DNA of 64,000 bases from Camelus dromedarius (lineage: Eukaryota), in contig NC_087437.1 of assembly GCF_036321535.1 (NCBI RefSeq), positions 105,588,001 through 105,652,000 on the forward strand, read 5' to 3'. This document shows, piece by piece, positions 53,201-64,000 of this stretch; position 1 is the stretch's first letter, and each line of letters begins with the position of its first letter. The position numbers and the translations under genes were made by a program. The notes below the pieces were generated by a model. The model was given only the letters and a program-made list of their open reading frames with translations. It was not told the origin of the DNA and did not search any database.

Positions 53201-53329
53201 GTCAGCAGCTTGTCAAATGCTTCAAGACTATTTGTTTTAAAAATGAGTAAGAATGAGTAAGTTCATATAAAAGTAATATACTTGTGAACATATTGTAAAA
53301 CATGTAAGTGGCTTTTGGAAGCAATGAGG

Positions 53330-53545
53330 ACTGTCAGAAAACATAGCTTGACGTGCTAATTTTACTACATATCAGTCATGCAGCTTTGAGCTTCTTTGAA
53401 CATTGTTATCTTTATATGTAAAATGAGACAGCTAATGCCTTCCTAGCATATTGATAAAGGAGTTAAGTGGTAAGTGGATTAAATACATGAAAAAGCATCT
53501 TAGAACCTATTCAGTACCATATAAATATAATGTATTTTCAATATT
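53330..53545 (+). mobile_element. MIR-family SINE (degenerate)
   Basis: atctttatatgtaaaatgagacagctaatgcc...aaatacatgaaaaagca...tataaatataatgtatt. Confidence 0.55.
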
Positions 53546-55228
53546 ATAAGAATATAATACAGTGTAATTTTATTGATTATTTGTTGGGAAGTAAAAGCAA
53601 ATAAAACCAGTCTTTAAATGAATTTCAATAACTCTCAAAAATGTTCTTGAAATGTATATATTTTTGTTTAGCATGCTTTATATTTTATTGGATTTTTAAT
53701 TTAATTGCACCAATCAGAAAGAACAAAAACATTACATAAAAAATATACACTATACACACAATTTATATTTTTAACATTTGTATTTTTTAAAAATAGGATT
53801 TAGACTAATTTTTTAAAAACATTTCAACTTTCTAAAATATTTCTGCTTTATTTATTATTTATAGGAATAACAGAAAAATGTTGGGTGGCATATTATTTGG
53901 TTTGCTTTAATATCAGTAGGTATTTTCCAATTTTTAAAAATATGGCTAGGAATTATCATTTTGCTTGCAAAACTTATTCATCATTACCAGCTTTACCTTT
54001 TCTATATCCTGGCATATGGTAAGGAAAATATTATTTTACCAAAATAGCCTCATACAAAACTGATATCAAGGCACAAAGTCTAGAAATATAATAGCCTTTT
54101 TCTTCAGTCAAAAGTACTACAATTCTTTTATAAAACTACACATAAATACTCATGGAATTCCTAAGCACAAGCTTGTATTCAATTTATTTTTATGAGTAAC
54201 TATTTAGTAGAAATATTGTGTATGGACAACTTTGACTATCTAAAAGCAGATGATTTCTACATAATATCTTTCAAATAAACAAGTCTTAAATTCATAAAAG
54301 GTGTTCTCTGTCACTTGGATGAATCCTTAAAACCACGATATAACATAAGTTTGCCCAGGCCAAATATTTAGGGTCAAGAGTATAAAGCACTATCTATTGG
54401 AATAAAGTGGAAGACATTTATTCCATTCCCCATTTCGTGTTTTCCTTTATCCAGAGTAATGATATATTTTATTCAACAATACTCACTAGGAATAATTGGC
54501 TTAGCCCAAAATAAGGGAGAAAAGAAGTAACAAAACACATCATCTTCTCTAAAATGCTTTCAAATGGTTAGTCACAATGTCCAAGAAGCAGCTAAAAACC
54601 ACTAGACTCCCTATAATAACTGGTCCTAGAGATTAATTCATTTACCTCTTTCCAGCAGCCGCTAAAAAAATTGATTTTGATAGTACGGACATTTCTAAAT
54701 CTTAATACTTCCAACTTCAACCCACAAATAATGCCTTGTTTATGTATGTGCATAATGCACAAAATAAAATATGTAAGTTTGAACACAATATTAAAATTGA
54801 AATGCACAATATTTGCTGTCATTATATTTATATATTTTTTGAAATTCCCTTTTACCTCAGTCATCTCTAAATGACCAACGTGCTCAAGTCCTCTGTTAAT
54901 TATACCCCTTTCAACAGCTTATCTTAAATAAGCAGCCAAAAGCACGATTTTCCCCTAAATGTTCAAATAGTCTTATTGTAAGTATTGTGTATGTGCATGT
55001 GTATGTAAAATTATATTTCAATCATTATTTACGGAGAGAAAAGCTTTTGCTAAAAATTTGTGCTAATTGTTGGGTAGAATATTACTACTTCAAAGGCATA
55101 AGATGAACAAGTTTCCTCCTCTCATTGAAAATACAGCTGAATATAAATTAATATGTCATATATGCGTGGTCTGTAGTAATAGTACTTAACATGTAGCTGT
55201 CAAAATTCTGTACAATGCCATCTCCCTT

Positions 55229-55795
55229 TGTTAGGTAGTTAGATAAGCGAGTGCACTAGACAGATAGGTGGAGGAGAGGAAAGATGGTCCGAAAGATGGC
55301 TTTATGCCCACTCCAGCATAAAGGGACTTTACTTCTTCTAAATAAGTGCCAACAAGAAATCTGTTAGAACCCAACAGCGGCAACTACTCTGTAATGAGGA
55401 AGGACTTAAGCAGACATGAGCCAATGCTCATTGTAATATAATTAGCATGTGGTTTAGCACCCCTACCCCCCACACACCCCGCTGTGGGTTTTTCTGTGTA
55501 AGCCATGGATAAGGACACGCACAAAGGGGCCAAACAAGACTAAGCACTCCAGGGGCAAGAACCATCAATCAAAAGACCATCTCTAGGTGAGGGCATAAGA
55601 GAAAGGACAGGCAACGACCTCTGCTTTTACCCCCTTGGATCAGTCACCCTCCCATTCTTGGAGGTGAACTTTTCTTTTCCTAAATAAATCCTTTAAAATT
55701 TTTCACTACACAATGCTCTCCATCTCCTGTCTGTAATCTTATCTTTAGGGTATGACAAGAACTGGGGTCTTTTTTCTTTTCCTTTTAAGGTAACA
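55229..55795 (+). mobile_element. ERV1-type solo LTR, complete (~567 bp)
   Basis: tgttaggtagttagataag...ttaaggtaaca termini; AATAAA at ~55683; flanks cctt/cttt. Confidence 0.85.
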
Positions 55796-56044
55796 CTTTC
55801 AGCCTCAAGATCTCTGTGCAGGTAGTTACCTAAGCCTATTTTTATACATTCTTCCTCTCTCTACCCTTCCTTAATTTGTTATCCTTGACTCAGTAACACC
55901 TTCTCAAGGAGTCACTCATAACTCCACAGATGATAGAGAGCCATAAAATGATTTATTTGTTTCTTTTATTACATTTATAATTATACATTTGCCTTTCAGA
56001 TAAATATATCAGGGATTAATTATTAAAGTGCTACCAACTTTTCA

Positions 56045-56140
56045 ATAATGATGATAATTAGCATTTAATGAATGACTACAAGTATAAGGGTTTAAATGTG
56101 TCATCTCCTTTAATCCCCACAATTACAACCTGGAGATGGG
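56045..56140 (-). mobile_element. MIR fragment
   Basis: ataattagcatttaatgaatgactac...catctcctttaatccccacaa resembles the antisense MIR tail. Confidence 0.6.
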
Positions 56141-58344
56141 GGAATAACACCCAGATTCTGCCCTCATGGGGCTTAGTTTAGTGAGAGGTGAAATTCTGTT
56201 AATAAAGGACTTTTTAACCTGTTGTATATGAGACTTATGTGAAGTAATCAAAGAATGCTTTTTGGAGGAAGTGTTATTAGAAAGGAAACAAGGAAGAAGA
56301 ATTCAACAGTAAATCTAGAATGTATTCTGTCTCCTAGGGAAAAAAATATAGGTATCCCATAATACGAACATTGAAGTGGAAAAAGTGTTTTCAACACTAA
56401 GAAAAACTTACCCTCTGATATTGTTATCTATAGATGTTAGATTCATTTTCAGAATAACATTCAGGAGATAATTGTTCATATTTAATTTAAGCATTAGAAA
56501 GTATATGGTAAAATTTCCATTATAACTCTCTAGATTAACATGGAATCAAATTAGAACGTTTAGACAAAAAGTGATCTATGTAATCAATTTAATTAAAAAA
56601 TTGACCCGTTTAACAAAGCCCACAAACAGCCCTTGTAGCTCAGTCTCTGTTCTAGAATCTGTTAGGTTTGTGTCGTACAGTGGAACATTGTGTTTGGCCA
56701 CCTGAAGCCTGAGCACTTCTTCACATCTGCTCTCCTCAAGAGACATTTCTTCATGAGATAAAGCCAAATTGTAGATCAACACAAACAAACAGCAATTACA
56801 GAAGTGTTTTGCTTCTTTTTTCCCCAAAACGCCTCATACATGTTGTGTCAGCTATCCTTTTACTAACACTTTGGTAAGAATTAAACGTGTGAATGAATAG
56901 TCAAGGAGGAACACTGTAAATCTACATGTAAACTCAATGTTGATGTAATTATTTATCTGGGAGAAGTATTATACATACAAATAATAAGAGACACATCATT
57001 CAACGTTTAGAACTACTTGTTTGTTCAAATACCATGAAATGCATACTATAATATAGTATAGAGCAGTAAGACTTCAACAGCAAGTGAGTACTACATCCCC
57101 AGATGTACTACATGGACTCTCTTAGGCCCCAGGAGAATTTCACAGATGTATGTCTTGTACTACACTCTGTCACTGACCATCTCATCTAACTGTGTTTGTG
57201 TGTGTGTGCGTGGGTTTGCATGCATTTCTCTGAAAAAGGCTATTTTCTTTACTCCCACAGCAGGTCTACTAGGAAGATGATTCTAAAACAGACTAAATGT
57301 GATAGAAAGAAACATCACAATTTTAACTTTTGAAATATTAGAAATACTGGTACCTATTCAACGCACAAGTGGACCTACCACTGGAAACATGTCCCTGTTA
57401 CTACAAACTGTACAATAGCATACTGTAATACAAAGCGTTTTTTTTTTTTTACTAACACTTCAATGTTCTTAATATTTCCATTAGATTTTTCAATTACTGT
57501 CATGTGGTTCCAAGTTACAATTATTTTAAAGTGTATGGTGCCAAGAATACTAACTGTGATCAGCTTTACTTTTCTGTTCTTTAATCAGAGGCAAAGCGCT
57601 CTGTAGTAAAAGCAGGTGTTTCCTGAGATGTGGGCTATATGTGTTGGTTCTATGAAACGTTGCAAATTCAGTGTGAAAAAGGCACATGCTTTGGTATCTG
57701 GCGTTTAACACCTGGAAGTCTTTGTGTCCAGTTTAAAATAAATGAAATTTTATTCCAACCAAATGTTTGAGGTTTCTATTTTGATATCATCAGTTAATAC
57801 ACATTTTTTTTATGAATAAGCATGGAGTTTATTACTTTAATTTTATATCTTACCTCTAAGCATAAAAAAGGCAAATTTCAGCCTTGAATATAGTAATATT
57901 TTTGTAATTATTCTGTTCACTACATGCATGCAAGTGTACGGTATGCAATTGTACAGAATGTGAGCTAAGAAACTGCAGGCATCCAAAGGATTATTTCATG
58001 CTGTTGTATAGACTTTGGTTTGTTAACATCTGCTCTTACAAGATCTATCTTTTGGAATGCATTATCAATATGTTGGGTCCTTAGGCAAAACTGAAACTAA
58101 AGTAAGTTGGTTTTTTAAATGTCTTACTGGCAATATGGTAAAGCTTTGAAAACGTGACAGTATAAAATATGTGGTAATTCACAATGTATTTAATGAAACT
58201 AATATAACTCAGATATCAAATCTAAAAAGACCATCCCCCAAAATACAAGTGTGGGAAATATCACTTTCTCAATAGAATGGTCACAGTTACAATTTAGTAT
58301 TGTACTAAAGAGAATAAAGTGCCATTAAGATTTACCAAAGAAAT

Positions 58345-58495
58345 AAAACGGTGGTTGCACATTAGGACATCTATTATCTAACTCAATATATAAAAAAATT
58401 AAAGGAGAAGGACTATATCAGTCAATAGAGGCAAAAGATAAATAAAATGTGATACATACTCATGATAAAAGTACTTATGAGTTAGGAATAGAAGT
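58345..58495 (+). mobile_element. Old L1 ORF2 (RT-region) fragment
   Basis: ggtggttgcacattaggacatctatt...caatagaggcaaaag...catgataaaa...ttaggaatagaag resembles GWFNIRKS..SIDAEK..MIK..LGIE. Confidence 0.6.
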
Positions 58496-58537
58496 GTGAA
58501 ACTGAATCAAGAAAACCTCATTTAAAACAGAGTCAGC

Positions 58538-58656
58538 AAACATGGATGGATCTGGAGATCATCATTTTAAGTGAAGTAAGCCAGAAAGAGAAAGAAAAAT
58601 ACCATATGATATCACTCACCTGTGGACTCTAAAAAAAAAGAAAAAGAAAAAAAGAA
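58538..58656 (+). mobile_element. Younger L1 fragment (ORF2 end / start of 3' UTR) ending at an internal A-rich tract
   Basis: aacatggatggatctggagatcatcattttaagtgaagtaagccagaaagagaaagaaaaataccatatgatatcactc...ctaaaaaaaaag. Confidence 0.85.
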
Positions 58657-59150
58657 TTTCTCTAAAAACCAGGTTTTTCTGTTTTTCTATTTGATTAGTT
58701 AAATTAAACACTGATCACAAAATTATCACACAGATAGCTCAACTCATTTATTTAAAAATATTTTTGATTATAATAATATGTATGAAAAATCTATGGAACT
58801 GTGTATTATTCAACAAAATTAAGATGGTCTATGCTAAGTGCCATACTAAGTGTTGGCAATACAAAGATAATAGAAATAAAACAATCTGCCTTCACTGAAC
58901 TTACATTTTAGCATGTGTCATGGTAACTTGAATCCACACAACCAAAGGGGATAAAAAATTAAAGATTAAATTTAAAGTTCATAGATGGTAGCAACTTCAT
59001 AAGATGTTTGCTATCTCATACTAGGGACATGAGACTAGGTACACTGTTATAAGTACAAGATGAAAATATAATTGTTTAATTGTTTCAATTTATGCATTTT
59101 AACAAAAGTGATATTTTTGATATTCCAAAAGTGAATCCATCTTTAGTAGC

Positions 59151-59250
59151 TGTATTGGTCAGCTATCATCAATTAACAAATCATCCTAATGCTTAGTAGT
59201 ATAAAACAGTAGTAATTTATTATTTGTCATAGTTTCTGTGAGCCAAGAAA
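59151..59250 (-). mobile_element. MLT1 LTR terminal fragment
   Basis: tgtattggtcagctatc...aacaaatcatcctaatgcttagtagtataaaacag...atttattatttgtcatagtttctgtgagccaagaaat resembles the reverse-complement MLT1 end. Confidence 0.7.
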
Positions 59251-61222
59251 TATATTTTTATTGTAAGAAAAGCCTGAGGAATGGGATATATATCATTTTG
59301 GAGAGCTCATCTTTGGAAAAAGTATTCTACCATAGTTGCCTATAATATATTCAACTTCTCAACACAATATTGCTAAATTTTGGGGGGCAGAGGAGGAATG
59401 AACTATTTAATGTGTAGATAAATAAAGTTATTAAATGGGTATTGAATACATATTGTTACTGGAATTAGAAACACAACATTGCTAAAGCTTTTTTTTGGAT
59501 GGGGGATGAATTGTTTTGGCAGATTATTGGTTCTGCTACTCTGTCTATGGTGAATGAGATCCTGAGGCTTCCATACATTTGTCACTATGAAATCTTTCCT
59601 TTAGAAATGTAAGAAAAAAGCCTGAGATTCAATATTGAGGACCCATATTAATAATATGAATATATTTTTAAAATTCATATTTAGAATTAGGCAAATAAGA
59701 TAATAACTAAATTTAAAACCCTACTTAGATTATAAACATTAACAAATGTTCAATGCTTTATTTATTTCTTAAAGATTTGCTAACAATATTTAAATTCTTA
59801 ATATCTAGTATATTAACTCCAAATTATGAGAAACATACTTTTATGAAGAAATAAATCTTAGTATATTGATGAATAATTAAGGCTTATTAGCTACCAGCAT
59901 TTTTATCTACTGAGGATATTAGTAACTTTGCAAGGTTAATGAATTTTAATTTGGATATCATTTGTTACCTTCTCTGCTTTTTCCTACTCTCTCCCGTTCA
60001 GTGTGGGGCAAGCACACAATGACCTGCTGGTAATTGCTGGTTGATAATGGTGTACAAGAGTTGGTCCTGAAAAATCTGGCCTGGTTGGTCTGGCATGGGA
60101 GCCTAGTGAAATGCCACAAATGTTACTGCAGAATATGAATCAGAATTGATAACAGTAGTCACCCTAGTGATAGAGCAGTGAGGCTGTGTTTACCCAAGTG
60201 GTAGCAGAATGGTTATCAAGCCACTTAACAGCATTCATCTCAGGCAAATTAATTAGCTTAGGCTTTTCCAAAGGCACTTAGCAACAACTGCAAATCATTG
60301 GAGAAACCAATTAAACGGTAATAAATGAGCCCGAGCTGATCACTTAGGCCATATATTATAGACTGCCAAGTCTCCCAAGCATTCTTTTTTTATGCATAGC
60401 CACATAGTTTAAGATTTAATCATGACCAGAGTGGAAAAGGTGACATTACTGGGACAACAGACAAAATTTTAAAAGGTTTTATGGATGGGATGGGTGGATA
60501 AGATAAAACACTGACAACTGATCATCTAGTGAGGAAAGTATGAGCGTGGTATGTATTTTTCTTACAACTATTGTGTGCATTTGAGATTATTTCAAAATGA
60601 ATTACTAAAAAATAAATCCCAAAGAATAAAAAATTCAAGTACTTGATAATAATAAATAATAATAATAATAACAGCCTAGCAATCAAAACTGTGATAATCA
60701 TTTTAATTTCAATCAAATCAACCTTAAAATCAAAGAATAAGAAGAGCATAAAGGTATCTTTGTGTTTATTAATGACCAAGTAACTCTCAGTGAATGTAAT
60801 ACTTAATGAATACACTATAATACAAAAGCAAATAATACATTTAGGATATTTAAAAAGTAGATCTTGATATAGTTTTATTTAAAAAAACAATCTAAGGCTC
60901 ATATGGGGGGGTATGTACAATCAAGGTGTCTGGCACAAAAATGTTTTTCTGTTTTAACAGTGCTGATACAGCTGCCCAATATTTTGGAGGAAAGGGGAAC
61001 CAGGCATCTTTTGAGGTAAATCATGCTGGTTAGACGTGAAGTAGGAGCAGCCGAAGAGTGCCATCTTTGGCGCTGGTTGCTGCCTGGATATTTGCTCAGA
61101 TGCCTTCCTGGCCCATAAGACATGAAAAGCTGGCCTGGATGTCTTCTGAACATTTGCTGCCTGCTTCTATAACCATCTCCCATGTTTAGCCTCTTTATTA
61201 AAGGAAGAGGAAACTAGTAAAA

Positions 61223-61283
61223 TTGATGTTCCAAAAGTGAATCCATTTTTAGTAGCTGTATTGGTCAACTGTCATCATTTAAC
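61223..61283 (+). repeat. Second copy of a 61-bp direct repeat (first copy 59117-59177)
   Basis: 56/61 identical by hand alignment, ungapped. Confidence 0.92.
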
Positions 61284-62373
61284 GGAGAGCAGACCCAACC
61301 AATGAATTGCAATGGATATTTGTAAGAGATCAGATTATTTCTGTTGTTTATATTACCCCATTTGGACAAAAATATATCACTTTTTTATATTCCTAATATC
61401 TTCATGAAGATATCTCTCATACACATACACACAATCATTTGCTGAGGATCTTTTCTGGTATAATTCAAAAAATTCTACATTTTCATGTAATTTCTTTAAA
61501 ACAAACAAAAAATATTTGTTACATGATTTCAAAGCCACTCTCATTCATGAAATGTTTTATTAACTAGTCCATCAATAATGGTCACAGATTTTATCCAGTT
61601 TAGCACTAATATGCCCTACTTCATTTCATCAAGGTAGCATCTTAATACTTCCTCAAAATCTCCCAAGTGTATGGTCTTTTCAAACTCTAAATGCATTTGT
61701 AGACCTCAAATTCACTTTTGTAGCTTACTCTGGCTTAAGGTGACTTAGCCGCCTTTAAAATCAAGCCTCTGTTTGGAAGAATAGGAAAAGATCTCTAAGC
61801 TTCTGTTTTACATACATTATTATATTAGAGCATTCATATATGTGTACATACATATGTATTTCTTTCACATGTCTTATATTGCATGTATACACGTTTCTTT
61901 CACATTTCATAACCCCATGAGTGTATGTGTATTCAGAATAGAAAATACCTCATTTTGCTACAAATAATTTTCACTCACTATTCAAAGAAATCTTTATGAA
62001 AATCATGTACTATCTTAGAAAAGGCAGAATTTGCTGTGTAGATAATTGTACTTACACAATTCATGGCTAATGATGACCTGCAAAGGCAAACCAATATAAA
62101 CACCTCCAATATATGATAATTTTTATTTATATGGAACAAATTTAGTAGTTAGATGAAAAATATATGTACTGTTTAATTAAATAAATTTTTAAAACACTCT
62201 CCTAGATTTAAGTAAAAATAAGAAAAAAGTAAATATATTTTTACATATTTTCAAATTTTAGGATACAGTATGCTCATATTTTTATTAAAGTTACTATCAT
62301 TTGTCATTTATTTGCAATAAATGCTCAAAGATAAATAATTAAAAAAATTCCATCAGAAAGCTGTATACAATAT

Positions 62374-62756
62374 TGTCAAAAAAAAAAAAAACAAAAAACA
62401 AGACTCAAATGGAGTCACTTGTGCTGAGTCCCACCTTACTAAACCAAGATTTAACACCTAACCTAAGTGCAGTTTCAGCCCCTCCCAGGAACGTGACCTT
62501 TAGTCAGTTTGAAATTTGCTGGCCAGCACCAGTGAGGTTATCTACAATAAATACCCCTGCCTTCCTTCAAAAAAAGGTGACTTTTCTTTTGTTTCTGACT
62601 TCCTTGTCCCACCCCCTTTCTATCTTGAAAACTTTCCATTTTTCACAACTCCTCAATGCTCCTTTCTGTTTGCTAGATGGAATGCAACCCAATTCATGAA
62701 TCACTGGATAAGGACAATTTGATCTTCACATTTACTCAGTTCAACTTTTTTTCACA
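62374..62756 (+). mobile_element. ERV1 (MER4-group-like) solo LTR
   Basis: tgtcaaaa...aaatggagtcacttgtgct...gctagatggaatgcaacccaattcatgaatc...tttactcagttcaactttttttcaca; flanks atat/gtat. Confidence 0.8.
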
Positions 62757-62999
62757 GTATAATGGCTTTAAACTGTCCATTTTAAATGATAAACAAGAAC
62801 CAGAAGAGTTTCCAAGTCTAATCTAATAATGTATTCAAATATATTAGATCTGCATAATTAAGTTAAAATCTGCCTAAGTGAAAATACTTACTTTGGAATG
62901 TCAACAATAGATATTAACAATTTTGAACACTATCATTACATCTCCCAGTTTTAATTCTATACTATCTCTGCGAAATAAAATTCACATTTTATGCCAAGG

Positions 63000-63408
63000 T
63001 GAGAGAAAAACTTTTTTCTCTGCCCTTTGGTCTCCTCTCTCTCCTCTACTGTGCATTATGTATCTGCATTATTCATTGACCAAACCTCCCCATCAGCAGA
63101 AATCCCTGCTAAACTGTAAACAGCAACATCTTCTTAGCACCAATAAGACAACACCTTAAAAGATAACATCCCTTCTTGATCTTGTAAGGGGCCACAATGC
63201 TTAGATCTGGACTGTGTATACTGTCAATAATATGTCATTTAATGTACAGCAAGTGTACATTAAATGTATATAACTCTGTCTTGACTTCTAATGGACTGAA
63301 CAGTTCTCACAGCTTTCTGAGATTTTGTTCCTGGGTTATAACCTTCAATTTGGCTCAAATAAAACTTTCCATTTCTCGCTTAGATTGACTGATTAATTTT
63401 TGTTGGCA
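63000..63408 (+). mobile_element. ERV1-type LTR related to the 35 kb LTR
   Basis: TATA-like gtatataa at ~63266; tttggctcaaataaaact shared exactly with the reverse complement of 35034-35491; ends ttgttggca; no TSD seen. Confidence 0.75.
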
Positions 63409-64000
63409 TTTCTCTTTAGACAGAACTTATTTATACTGTTAGGAAAGATGATAGATTATTGGAGTATTTTCAGAGCAATAATAATTGTGCAAGGTTAGCA
63501 CCTCATGAAATTTGTAAATGTTTAATATTGTGCCCAGTCACATGTTAAAAATCACCAAAATACGTGCGGTTTGGCTGTAGATTTAAAAAATATGTTCTAG
63601 CGCTATTTCAATATAAATTGATTGATCCCATGCTGCAAGCCCTTCCCCATCAGCTGACATTTATTTTTAATATCTTTTCCTTGGATATATTGATGTCCAG
63701 GGTTCTTGCTTAATGATATGATTCCATAATGATTTGGTCTCAAAACCATAGACGTTTCAAAATTCTCTGAGATTCATTAACCTCTTATCCCCCAACTGCC
63801 GCACCACTGGCATGTGGACATGACAACACAATTTATATCCGGGCTCAGTAACGCAGGGAGTGAGGCAATTATTCCACTTGGTTATCTGCATTGATTAAAT
63901 TCACCTTCAAGTTGCTCTTGTCTCCAAATTATCTGACGAACAACATGCACAGGTAGAGGATCCTGTTAAAATTGTAATTCCCTCAATTCCCAGGTAACAC

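Noticed and set aside
61057..61077. CTCF-like motif gagtgccatctttggcgc
   Set aside because: Spacing is one base off the core AGTGCCATCTNNTGG.
275..63388. ORF-track entries (60-130 aa) as protein-coding genes
   Set aside because: Short, often low-complexity or inside repeats, with no recognisable domains; only 28828-29013 resembles a known protein (decayed L1 ORF2).

Overview
AT-rich, repeat-dense, apparently non-coding mammalian genomic DNA. One tRNA-derived SINE resembling camelid Vic-1 (9.8-9.9 kb), camelid/cetartiodactyl-type L1 3' ends, and the apparent absence of Alu, Bov-A, PRE or SINEC elements point to a camelid genome. I found no credible cellular protein-coding gene, RNA gene, CRISPR array or prokaryotic system. 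The ORF track is consistent with chance ORFs, apart from decayed L1 fragments. The window holds ancient eutherian repeats (L2, MIR, MER33, MER20, MER5, MLT1 MaLRs, an LTR33-like element, old L1M) and about 10 ERV LTRs or LTR fragments, several with intact 4-bp target-site duplications (TSDs). The most notable structure is a pair of same-family MER41-like solo LTRs inserted tail-to-tail 136 bp apart (12291-13298), forming a ~1 kb inverted repeat; one copy has lost its R region and polyA signal. Also worth checking: a 61-bp duplication spanning an LTR junction, a CpG-retaining unique segment near 37 kb, and a candidate 144-bp exon. Family names come from my recall of consensus sequences, not from a database search. 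Boundaries are approximate unless termini or TSDs are quoted.
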